NCBI RefSeq assembly: GCF_006345805.1
Contig: NC_042999.1
Location: forward strand, 124,744,001-124,808,000
DNA: 64,000 nucleotides
Direction: 5' to 3'
Source of the DNA: Octopus sinensis
Taxonomy: Eukaryota
The notes under the pieces were generated by a model, which was given only the letters and a program-made list of their open reading frames with translations, was not told the origin of the DNA and made no database searches. Below, in pieces: positions 12,655 to 24,335 of this stretch; position 1 is the stretch's first letter; each line of letters starts with the position of its first letter. The position numbers were made by a program, and so were the translations under genes.

Positions 12655-12955
12655 TAAAAACAGATGAAATGCTGCTAAACAATTTGCCTGATGTGCTAAT
12701 GATTCTGCCAGCTTGCTGCCTTAGACCATGAAATAACATTGATTTCGAATTTTGGCATGAGGCCAGTATTTTGGTGGGAAGGGGCAAATCAATTACATTG
12801 ACCCCAGTGTTCAGCTGGTATTTATTTTATTGACCCAGAAAGGGTGAAGGACAAAGTCAACCTCAGCAGAATTTGAACTCAGTACATAAAGGCAGATGAA
12901 ATGTCACGAAGTATTTTACTCGGTGAGCTAATGATTCTGCCAGTCCACCACCTTA
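12655..12955 (-). mobile_element. SINE family A copies
   Basis: Reverse-complement core and CTGCCAG head present twice. Confidence 0.65.
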
Positions 12956-13269
12956 GAAAAATATATATTAAAACAAATATTTTGAACCTGTAAACAAAAT
13001 CAGTATATTTCAGAATGTTTGTAATTCAAATGTCTTGGAATAACTTTGTTTCAGGATGATTAAAATGGTTTCTCCATCATATGTGGTGTCTATCAAAGAA
13101 CCAGAGGAGATAGAGTAACGAAGTAGAAAATAGATATCTAATTAAATCAGCAATTATAGTAAATTAGAAAAAAATTGAAAACAAATGCAATCTATGAATG
13201 ATAGGTTTAAACTATATAAAACCAGCTTTATTAGGAAATTCATCCCTAGCCTGAAACAGAATAAATAGG

Positions 13270-13850
13270 CCAATTACGTAAGCAGTCTCAACTGAATTGC
13301 TCACAGCCATATTCACATCAAAAGGATATATTTGTAAACATTTTTTTGTTATTCAAATAGAATTGTCATAGCATATCACAGTTTTCCAAGCATGGATAAT
13401 TATATCAACCTCAAAATTACTAATCGCAGATATGCTTTTTGCAAAATTAATAGCTCTAAGTAATAGCGGCAATGGTGGTATAATAAATATTTATATCAAA
13501 CAGAATAAATTTTGTAAATCCTTAATGAGGGATAACCTTGAATCAGCTTATCGCTGGTAATAAATAACCTGTATAGGTCTAAAGCGCCAACATATTTTAG
13601 ATTGCACCTATCTAAAATATGTTTGCTAAGTCTACCTAAATCTGATTTAGCAGGGTTAATCATCCTAACAAATGTCTTATTAATGAAATCCAGTTTTCAA
13701 AGTTTCAGGATGAAAGGAGGAATTACAGGAGTGAGTGGTTCTGTTTGATCTTTTTCATCTTGGATATGTAGTTCAAAAGAAACCTTAAATCCAGAATTAT
13801 TGATATCATTCATTACTTTCCGACTTTATTTTATGGTAATCCTTCATGAT
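13270..13850 (-). pseudogene. Degenerate Penelope-like (PLE) reverse transcriptase fragment
   Basis: Manual minus-strand translation gives DFINKTFVRMINPAKSDLGRLSKHILDRC, then AINFAKS and FDVNM. These resemble PLE RT motifs (RLINPAKSExG, FDVxMG); multiple stops. Confidence 0.65.
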
Positions 13851-14119
13851 TGCAGGAGATAAAAAAAATTAAAGACAGTGATAAGAACTCTCTACATGAT
13901 ACAAATTACCAGTTTTGTCACAATGAACATGAACATCATTCAAATCCCTGATGTTTCTAATCTGAGCTTTTACATCTTTCAGGAAAGAGTTATTTTTCTT
14001 TGTGATTTTAATGCTTCAGATAAGTGTAAATAAGTCTTTCGCAAACAACATCAACCATGGTTACAAAGAGTTTCTTTACTAAAGCATGAAATCTATATAA
14101 TTTAACAACTCACCTGTAT

Positions 14120-15270
14120 TGAACCCTGTGGTTCCAGGTTTAGTTCCATTACATGGCACCTTGAACAAGTGTCTTCTACTATAGCTTTGGGCCAATCAAG
14201 GCCTTGCAAGTGAATTTGGTTGACAGAAACTGAAAGAAGCCGATGAGCTGGCAGAATCGTTAGCACGCCAGGCAAAATGCTTTGCAGTATTTCGTCTGCC
14301 ATTACATTCTGAGTTCAAATTCTGCCAAGGTCAACTTTTGCCTTTCATCCTTTTGGGATCGATAAATTAAGTACCAATTATGCACTGGGGTCGATGTAAT
14401 CAACTTAATCCCTTTGTCTGTCCTTGTTTGTCCTCCTCTCTATGTTTAGCCCCTTGTGGGCAATAAAGAAATAAGAAACTGAAAGAAGCCTGTCATAAGT
14501 GGCTGACTTCCTTTCAAGTGCTGGACCTCATGGAGGCAAATGGCTGAGTTCCTTTCAAGTGCTGGGCCTCGCGAAGGCAAGGTAGCTGAGTTCCTTTGAG
14601 CATTGGGCCTCATCGAAGCAAGCAGCTGAGTTCTTTTTGAGTGTTGGGCCCCACAGAGGGAAGGTGGCTAAGTTCCTTTCAAGCGCTGGGCCCCATGGGG
14701 GTAAAGTGGCTGAGTTCCTTTTGAGTGTTGGGCCTTATAGAGGCAATGACCAAGACCTTTGTCATTATGTTGTGCTTGAGAAGAAGACTCATCAAGTCAA
14801 GCAAAATTGCAGTTGTGGCAGATACCAGTGACAGGTAAATGGCATCTGTGCCAGTGGCACATAAAAACACCCATTACACTCTCAGAGTGGTTGACATTAG
14901 GAAGGGCATCCAGCCATAGAAACCATGCCAAATTAGACTGGAGCCTGCTGCAGCCTTCCAGTGTGCCAGCCCAGTCCATGCCAATATGAACAACAGACAT
15001 TAAATGATGATGATGATGATGATATATTTATATATATTCGTGTGTGTCTTTGTGATTGTGTTTGTCCCCACTACCATTGTTTGACAACCAATGTTGGTGT
15101 GTTTATGTCCCTATAACTTAGTGGTTTGACAAACGAGACCAATAGAATAAGTACTAGGCTTACAAAGAATAAGTCCAGGAGTCGATTTCTTCAACTAAAA
15201 CCCTTTAAGGCAATGCTCTAGCATGGCTACTGTCAAACAACTGAAACATGTAAGAGAATAAAAGAATATA
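14120..15270 (+). mobile_element. SINE family B split by a SINE A insertion (about 14243-14475) and an RTE 3' fragment (about 14497-15022)
   Basis: B head at 14120-14241. AGAAACTGAAAGAAGCC is duplicated on both sides of SINE A. RTE tail (ATG)n near 15004-15022, then the B tail resumes at about 15040. Confidence 0.7.
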
Positions 15271-15313
15271 TATATATATATAAATACTGCTTTATTAAAG
15301 CTGAAAAACTTCA

Positions 15314-15352
15314 CAATTTGTTTCTCGGAGTTTCACATTCATCAGACAGTTG
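15314..15352 (-). ncRNA. Degenerate minimal hammerhead motif
   Basis: Minus strand TGT-CTGATGA-ATGT-GAAA-CTCCGAG-AA-ACA; the cleavage U is replaced by A. Confidence 0.45.
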
Positions 15353-16124
15353 TGATAATACTGAATGAAAATTTATAAATTGTGAGTATATATAATCTTT
15401 TGTAGTAGCTGGTATTTAAATTTGTCTGATGAGATGTATAATGATCACAAGTAATATCTGGAAATTAAAGGAATTGAACATCAGTGGCGTGCCCTAGAGA
15501 GATGAGGCTACATTAAGAAAATATAAGTTTTACCCAACAGACATAAGATACATTCTATACAATAACTGCAGGAATTGCCTAAGCATTAGAAATTAAATAT
15601 TTAATAAGCACCCACACACAGATAAATACATCCTATCTATTATTGTCAAACTAATGTTTTGCAAAATTCCTTCTTTCTGCACTTTGGAGAGTAACTTGTG
15701 TATTAGAAATCTTTCAGAGTTATGCATATATGGATAGATATATATACATGCATATTGATTGAGTATGGGTGTGTACATTCAAGTATACATTCCCACTTCA
15801 TTCCATTCTCTTCTTAACATGCTTTTTTTTTACACATAAAACAATCCAAGGGACTTTATATGACTTTCAAAGTACCTGAGCTATTGCTCCTCATATATTC
15901 ACTCATTTCAGTTATCACATTCTTATTTTCAACTGTTCACCTTGCACATTCTCAGTAACCATAAAGGTTCTCAGCCTGATGATTTGCTCTGTAGCAAAAA
16001 TAGCACTTTTTCTGAGTACACTCATCATGCATTGCTCAAAACTTAAGTAGCTGTTTCTGTATCTTGAGTTTTATTTATACATGTGTGGGCATGTGTATGT
16101 ATGTTTGTACATGATAGATGTATA

Positions 16125-16585
16125 GGCGGAATTCTGCTTTAAGCACACAATATAACCCCTCAACTTTTTTTTTTTTTTGTGAATTTGTGTTTTACATGGG
16201 AAAATTCCTATGGCTATGAAAAAATATTTTTTTATTTTCAAAATTTCTTTCCTACCTTTTTTTTGAAATTTTCAAATTTTTTTAAAATTACAATTTGAAA
16301 TACAAACAGTCCAAATTATTTTTATCAAATCCCAACAATAGACCATTAAATGTTTGTAGGGAGAAAGATATTGAAAAACATCAACACATCAGAGTGACAA
16401 ACAAGCATGGCATGAGATGGTTATGAAATGGGCTAAAACTAACAGCTAAATACCCCTTAAATTACACAAAAAGAATTGGGGGCAGGAATTTCAGTCATAT
16501 CAATTCTCATGTGCAGAACACAAATTCATGGAAATTTTCTGAAAATTCCAAAAAATAAAAAAATTATAAAAAATCAGAATTCCAC
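16125..16585. mobile_element. MITE with short TIRs (GGCGGAATTCTG ... CAGAATTCCAC)
   Basis: Inverted termini with TA-rich flanks. A second partial inverted copy lies at 17518-17733. Confidence 0.65.
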
Positions 16586-16589
16586 ATAT

Positions 16590-17472
16590 ATTACATCGGT
16601 AAGAAAGTTCTTGGGCAACCAAGCCGCCTTCAATCTCGCAACCAATCAGTGTCACCGACCAATTAGGAGCAGCCAGCGTATCTATTGTGACTATATAAAG
16701 ACTCTGCAAGGTCAACAAGCTTGGAAAATGGGTGCCACATGAATTGACTGAAGCGAACAAACAAGCACGTATTACTGCATGTCAAAGTCTGCACTGGCAA
16801 AGCCAAAGATTCGATTGGTTTGAATCAGTAATCACTACGGATGAAAACTGGGTACTGTACTCCAATGCAAGGTGCAGACGATCATGGTGTAGCAAAGGTC
16901 AACAGCCAAAACCTTCGCCAAAAGGACCGCTTGTGCAAAAGATGGTTATGATCTTAGTTTGATGGGGTTGCCATGGTGGGATCATGTTGGATCTTCTCCC
17001 ACACAATACCACCATTGACAAGGATGTCTACTGTGAACAAATTGACCATCTAAAGATTGCACTGGCTGAAAAAAAGCTCAAATTTGAAGAAGGTAATTTA
17101 CCTACGAGACAACACACCAGCACATTGTGCAAAGAAGATGTCAGAGAAGCTGAAGGAGGCGGGTTGGGAGATTATGGTGCACCCACCGTATTCTCCTGAC
17201 CTTGCCCCTTCTGAGTACCACTTACTCTCTACCTTGCAACACTCAATTGGCGATATAGAGTTTGAAAACGAAGATGTGAAATCGTTCCTTTATGACTTTA
17301 TTGATTCAAAGCCACGCGATTTCTGGATGAAAGGATTCAAAACTTTGCCTGAAAAACGGCAAAAGGTGATCAATAACGAGGGTGATTACCTTTTTGATTG
17401 ATTGTTCTTTGTTGTTTTTCTAATTGTTAATAAAGTGATATGCTAAAAGTGTCTGAGAACTTTTTTACCAAA

Positions 17473-17478
<6 letters not shown>
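16590..17478 (+). mobile_element. Mariner element, N-terminally deleted, frameshifted transposase
   Basis: WVPHELT, ITTDENW, DNTPAH and HPPYSPDLAPSEYHL motifs. Imperfect TIRs GGTAAGAAAGTTCT / AGAACTTTTTTACC. Confidence 0.88.
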
Positions 17479-17517
<39 letters not shown>

Positions 17518-17519
<2 letters not shown>

Positions 17520-17733
17520 TGGAATTCTGTTTTAAGAATGCAATATAACCCCTTATAACTTTTTTACTTTTTGGAATTTTCAGAAAATTTCCATGAATTT
17601 GTGTTCTGCACATGAGAATTCATAGGCCTGAAACTCCTGCCTCCAAATTTTTTTGTGTAATTTAAGGGGTATTTAGCTGTTATTTTTAGCACATATTATG
17701 ACCACGTCACGCCATGCTTGTTTGTCACTCTGA
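17518..17733. mobile_element. Partial inverted copy of the MITE at 16125-16585
   Basis: Reverse complement of 16389-16585. Confidence 0.75.
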
Positions 17734-17874
17734 GAAAGAGTGGGTATGTGAGAGAAAGAGGAAGATGATGTACAGCTTTGTTTAACCATGTCACTTTGAC
17801 AGAAATTCCAGTCACCAACATACTGAACACAATCATTTTTGTTTTATTTTTTGCTTTCTTTAATAGATATATAG

Positions 17875-17906
<32 letters not shown>

Positions 17907-17994
17907 GCACACACACACACAAAATACACCTTAAATGAAATAAAGTTTCCCCAAAATTAAACATATCTAATATAATAAATGTGAACATCAGTAA

Positions 17995-18600
17995 CAAGCC
18001 GGGTTGGGAGGTGGGGTTAGGGAACAAACAGTGGACCAGGAGGTCGTTTGAAGGAGAGAAAGGGTAAGTTAGGGAAGATGTGCAAAGTGGAGGGGTTGAA
18101 CTGGAGTCGCTGGAAGGCTCAAAGACTGGTGAGCTGGAGGGATGGTAGGTGAGGGGAAACAGGAGATGAGCAACAGCAAGGCAGGTGTGGGGATGGAGAG
18201 CAGAGACACGGTCCACAGAACATGCTCTGGCAAGGGCTGTGTGGATAGTGGTGAGGGGATATCCACAAAGGATGAAGTGGCAAGTCATGAGTTGAGACTG
18301 AGTCTCAAAGTCATAGTTGTCACTGCAGATCCTGCACAAACGGAGAAATTGGGAGTAGGAATGGAGAGCTTGGTATGGGTAGGGTGGGAGGGGGAGAAGT
18401 TGAGGTATGAGTGTGAGTTGGTATGTTTGTAGTGGATGGAGGTAGTGAGAGCAGAGTTGTGTATGTTGACCGAAATGTTGAGAAAGGTGATGGAAGTGTT
18501 GGAAATAGTGCAGGAGAATTCAAGGGCAGAATGGAAGGATTGGACAAAAGAGAGGAAGGAGTCTAGTTGTTTGCGGGAGAGCAAGGTCACACCACAACAG
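17995..18600 (-). pseudogene. Penelope-like element RT C-terminal/thumb fragment
   Basis: SITFLNISV..LTTSIHYKHTNSHSYLNFSPSHPTHTKLSIP followed, after a frameshift, by CRICSD..GYP. Typical of the PLE RT C-terminus. Confidence 0.8.
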
Positions 18601-18644
18601 TGTGTGTGTGTGTGTATGTGTGTGTGTATGTGTGTGTGTATGTA

Positions 18645-18707
<63 letters not shown>

Positions 18708-18711
<4 letters not shown>

Positions 18712-19007
18712 AAATCGATCAACATCAATGGAAATTGTAGCTGTGATACCAGTGCCGGTGGCATGTAAGAGAACCATCCAAACGTGGCCATTGCCAGCGT
18801 TGCCCTGACTGGCATCCGTGTCGATGGCACGTAAAAAGCACCCACTACACTCACGAAGTGGTTGGCGTTAGGAAGGGCATCCAGCCGTAGAAACACTGCC
18901 AGATCAGACTGGGCCTGGTGCAGCCTTCTGGCTTCCCAGACCCCAGTTGAACCGTCCAACCCATGCTAGCATGGAAAGCAGATGTTAAACAATGATGATA
19001 ATGATGA
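18708..19007 (+). mobile_element. RTE-LINE 3'-end fragment
   Basis: Close reverse-complement match to 41060-41240; (ATG)n tail. Confidence 0.8.
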
Positions 19008-19036
19008 CATATATATAAACACACACATACACACAT

Positions 19037-19149
<113 letters not shown>

Positions 19150-20321
19150 TCATCATCAGAGATATCTTTCACATGTGATTATGTGATTAAGTTTCAAAAG
19201 TCAAGAATTCAAAGCCTGCTAGCAGTTTGGGTTTTCCAGATTAGTTACCTGTATGTAGCATTTGTGTGCTTTGTAGCAAAGTACATTGCCATATGTATTT
19301 CAGTTTAACTAGCTAAAAGGGAAAGTTGTAAACATACTTTGTGGATAAATAGTTCATACAAATACCTGTAGCTAACCATAAAATATACGCTTGAATAATA
19401 TACATACATTTATTTGTAGAATTATCAAACATGGAAAGGAATAAATATAAAATTATTGAAAATGTCTTAAACATTTGTACTGTAATATAAATCTCTTTAA
19501 ATTTTCATAACACTCAATTGGGAGGTTAGTAAGTTATTGCCTTGCCTATAAAGGACATTTCAATAAAATATGGGAGATAAAATATCATTAATATTATGAA
19601 TGAAAATATGGTGAATCAGTAGAAAATTCCATTGATAAACTAATATGTTGATGTATACAACTTGTTCTTTGTAGTGTGGCAGTGAATGCTGATCTATACA
19701 GCATGTGTATTCTAGTGTAACAGTGAATTTTGATAACATGAGCATTCAGCTGTAACTCTTAATGTTTCTTTAATATGTCTTGAATTAGATTTAGGTCAGT
19801 CACTTACATTGCAATCAAAAAGAAAATAAGCCAACGAAAGAGTGCTTGCTCTGTCATCTCTTCGACTTGCTAGAAAGAGCAGCCAAATTTCCCTCAAATT
19901 GCCCCTTCTGTCTTAAAAAAAAAAAAGGAGGAAGGGGTAATCTTAGATACATCATGTATGTGGTAAAAAAAAAAGTCAGATGGTCACAGGCCAAACAAGA
20001 TGGTCTTTGCTGCTCAGTCAGTAATGACCCAAGGTTAAACAGCAACAGAGGAGGAGGAAAGGGGTAATTTGTGAAAAACATAGATTAATCTAAGTAGTGA
20101 AGTTGTAGAAGATGGTAAAAGCAAAAGGAGACAGAATACCGTAGATTTGGAAAAACAAAATGAAGGTAATATCTTTGAATTTCTAATACTAAAGCCCAAA
20201 GTAGATATGAAGTTCATCAATATCAATTTATAGACTGTTCCAGGGCAGGTGACCATATAATAGAATACCAGACTACCAGAGTTAGCTTCATGACAGTATA
20301 TTTATTGTTTGAAACATTTAA

Positions 20322-21501
20322 CCCTTAAACACCAGACATCAATAACTGATGTTTCATTAGAGAACAGTGAACACTATCAATTGATGTTTCAAAAGTTTTA
20401 CCTGGATACATCCCCCTTCAATTGATGCCCAAGCATCTACTTCAGTGAATATGCCAAAGCATAAGTGGCCCTTATTGGTGGAAGAAATCAAGTCACAAAT
20501 GGAAGATTTACACAGTGTCGAAGAAGTTTTTTTCTGACTTTCATTATCAGTGACCATGTTATATATGTGTAAAATGTTGGTGCCGCTATATAGTGCTAAT
20601 GTTACAATTATTGCTGGTGTTGCAATATAGTACTGATACCACAGTTAGTAGTGGTACTCTAAAATAGTGGTGGTGTCATGATATAGAACTGGTACCAAAA
20701 GACCCTCCCAGTATACACTGTAAGATCTTGCTGAGAACAGTTTCTGAAGAGAATAGAATGAACCACCAAAGAAGAGTTCATAGAAGTTGATGATGATGAT
20801 GATGTTCTAGATAGCACAGAAAAAAATGATATGCCAACTAACTCGGAATGGAAAAAGTATGCTGGTTCTTCTCCAATCAATGTGAAAATATCAAATGAAT
20901 TTGTGCTCCTGTTGAATGCAAAGAAATGGGAATATTTTACAGCATTTTTTAATAATGAGATTGTATGTTTTATTGTATTATAATTTTTGTACTTATTTAA
21001 ATGTTTATACTTATGTATAAAAATTACATTTATGAAAAATTAGGTATTTTTTTGTTTTTTTATCCATTTGACACGCACATTCATGCAACCCTTTTCCCAC
21101 CATTTAAGAGTAAAAAAGGAAAAAATGAAGTGGTAAAAATAAAATTAACATTTATTGGTGGTTAAGAATTTTTTCCCATTGGAAGCAAGGGAAACTACTC
21201 CATACATTTGCCTTTAGTACAAATCATCTGCAGAAGTATGATCTAACCATATCTTCCAAAGATGTATTAGCTGAACATTTAAATGAAACAATAGAATTTG
21301 AGAAAAACAGTGACAGTCCACATTAACAAATATTAATTCCAAAAATTTCACAAAAGATAGAATAAATATTTCTGATGCTCCAATAATTCTACCAGTTTGT
21401 TACTCTGAAAACCAATTTAATTTCTCAGAATTCTTAATTATTTTCAAAATTTATTGAAACATACAGACAACTTAAAAGAAAAGAAATATGATTACAAGGG
21501 G
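20322..21501 (+). mobile_element. Possible ancient piggyBac-like relic
   Basis: TTAA-CCCTT at 20318 and AAGGGG-TTAA at 21496-21505. Internal frame EEFIEVDDDDDVLD...EWKK...WEYFTAFFNNEIV resembles a piggyBac transposase N-terminal region. Confidence 0.35.
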
Positions 21502-22639
21502 TTAAAGTATAAACAGTAACATAGCTATTAGTAAAAGGACATGTAAGACAATCTTGTTGCTAATACAATTATGATTGTTATGATGGGTAATCTTATTATT
21601 TATTGTATATGCAATCTTCATTCTGTTTTTTTTTTATGTTTGACATCACATTATCATTAGGTGTCATGTTCCTGGATGTTTGTTGAACTAGATTCAAACT
21701 TGGCATACAAGATATACAACTTTAACAATGCAAAGATATAAATATGTTTTTATATCTTGAATTTTGAACTTGCACAAGTCCTTTTCAAAAGTACATTATT
21801 TTAAATGACTGTAAGACACAGGCATAGCTGTGTGGCTAAGAAGCTTACTTTCCAGCTATGTGGTCAAATGACTGAAACAGGTAAAAGAGTAAAAGAGTTA
21901 TCATCATCATCATCATCATTTAGCGTCCGCTTTCCATGCAAGGTTATCTATTACAAAAAAAAAAAAAAATTTATTTGAATATCATCAACACCAACAGAAC
22001 AAGAAACTTTGGGGACAGAGACAAACAGTCAGAGGAAATTATGTTCTTTTGATAAGAACTGCTTAAATCAAAACTTTGAAATATAAAAAAAAGTAAACAT
22101 ATTTTTTCTTGTTTGCATTGTTAAGGTTTCCTATATCTATTTTTTATTAAAAATACAATTTCTATTCAACTACAATACATCATACACTTGGTAGTTTTTT
22201 TAAGGTATCAGCACTTCAAGCATGCTGGAGACAGATCGTTTTCACCCTATCTCTATTGATATAATTATATACATATGTACATTATTAGTAATTTAATGTA
22301 TTAATTGCCTATAAATTTTTATAGCATGCTGACTACTTGATAAAAATCATTAACGTGATTTTTATCCTTATATGTGTGTATGTGTGTGTGTGTGTGTATA
22401 CACAAATATATACATACATATGCTTCCCACCACATAACCACATATACATTCACACACACACAAACATGTGTGTGTGTAAATATAAATTATTAAGGTGGCT
22501 TATTCGCAATTTACAACCAAAAGGCACAAGTACAGCTGTCACAAAAGTGAATGAGGTTGCTATTTCTAGCAATGCTGGTGCTGACTAGCACCCTCAGTCA
22601 CTTTAGGGATGTGTGTATATATATATATTCATATATCAT

Positions 22640-22880
22640 AGAATAACAGGTACTGCAATAGTCTAGGGTTCAAAGGCCCACAGCTCTTCAATGCCCTGCC
22701 ACAAAAATTAAGAAATCTGCATAAGGTAGAAGTAGATGTCTTCAAAAAGGAACAAGACATCCTCCTCCCTTCAATACTGGATGAACCAATGGCCCGACAT
22801 GAGGTACAGACAAGGGCAGCAGAATCAAACTCGTTTATACACCAAATGGGCCAACAGCTGGGACAAAGGCACATACAGGA
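22640..22880 (+). mobile_element. LINE 3'-terminal ORF fragment
   Basis: Frame reads RYCNSLGFKGPQLFNALPQKLRNLHKVEVDVFKK, resembling the (W/F)NxLP..FK C-terminus of CR1/Jockey-group RTs. Confidence 0.55.
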
Positions 22881-23147
22881 GTGGTGATGTGAAACACCCC
22901 AGACTGAGGAAATCAAAAAGGCTGTGGTGGTGCTCCAGCATGACCGTAGCTGCATGGCTGAAACGTGTAAATGAGTAAACAAGTGCACACGCGCGCGCAC
23001 ACACACACACACACATATGAAGGGATGATGTACACACCATCCAAAATTATATACCCACAGTAATTAAGAGCTCAGTTAATAATAGGGTATTAAACTCTAA
23101 CACATAACATTGCAATAAATCCAGGTATTCATGTGGAAAAAGCTCAT

Positions 23148-23176
23148 GTATGTATTTATGTATGTATGGATGGATG

Positions 23177-23267
<91 letters not shown>

Positions 23268-23435
23268 GGATGGATGGATGGATGGATGGATGGATGGATG
23301 GATGGATGGATGGATGGATGGATGGATGGATGGATGGATGGATGGATGGATGGATGGATGGATGGATGGATGGATGGATGGATGGATGGATGGGTGGGTT
23401 GGGTGGATGGATGGATGCATGTATGCATGCATGCA
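23148..23435. repeat. (GATA)n/(GGAT)n tetranucleotide microsatellite
   Basis: Direct reading. Confidence 0.97.
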
Positions 23436-23457
23436 TTTAGCTAAAAAGACCTTTAGA

Positions 23458-23638
23458 ACAAAGAGCAGAAAGCATAAATTTCACAAATAGAATATTACTG
23501 TCAACAGCTGTTTTATTAGGAATAAACATCATTAATTTTATATTTACATTATTTAATGATGTTCAATCCTAATGAAACAGCTGTTGAAAGTATTTAAATT
23601 ATGGTTTATCTATGAAATTTATGATTTTCTGCTTTTTG
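23458..23638. repeat. Imperfect ~180-bp palindrome with hammerhead-like GAAA-CAGCTG-TT in the arms
   Basis: AGCAGAAAGCATAAATTTCA..CAACAGCTGTTTTATTAGGA..AACATCATTAA is mirrored by TTAATGATGTT..TCCTAATGAAACAGCTGTTG..TGAAATTTATGATTTTCTGCT. Confidence 0.75.
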
Positions 23639-24296
23639 TGCCATATATAACTCAAGTTAGACTTTGAAGAGATAAGGCATGTCATTGATGAGGTTGCGAA
23701 TAGTGACAAAAGGACTTTGACAAACAAACAACCAATTGATTGCTTAACCAACACATTAAACAATCAGTTAGTTAGTTATTTAGTTAGATATTTAACCATT
23801 TGACTAACAATAAGAAGTGATATTGAACCAGTGTGTGTTTAGTATTATTGACACAATGACCCTCCCAAAACAACAAAATTTGTTTCAACACAGGTTTTTT
23901 TTTGTAGTTAATTGTCAATTGTAAAACTGAAGGGAACCAAAGTTTTATTTAGAGTAAAAATACATTCTGCTTTTCTATGCCTTGGGTTTAAATTCAAGTG
24001 ATTGAACATCTCATTGCTTGTTTTGTTATTGGTGTGGTGATTGTTGCTGTGTTGGCCCAGGTCAGTACTGGTCATGTAGACATAATAGTACATAAGTAGT
24101 CACTATCATTAATTTTTTTGTTCTCAGACAGACCATGCCTCTGCCTAGCTCATGATCATACTGCACACTCCAACAAGCAAAGTTCTATTATCTCATTGAT
24201 ATATTGGTTAAAAATCATGTATTTATTTAACCTAACACTTATGCAGTATGTTTTGAGGTCATCAATACAAATGCATTTAATTACAAATTGTTAGGG

Positions 24297-24335
<39 letters not shown>

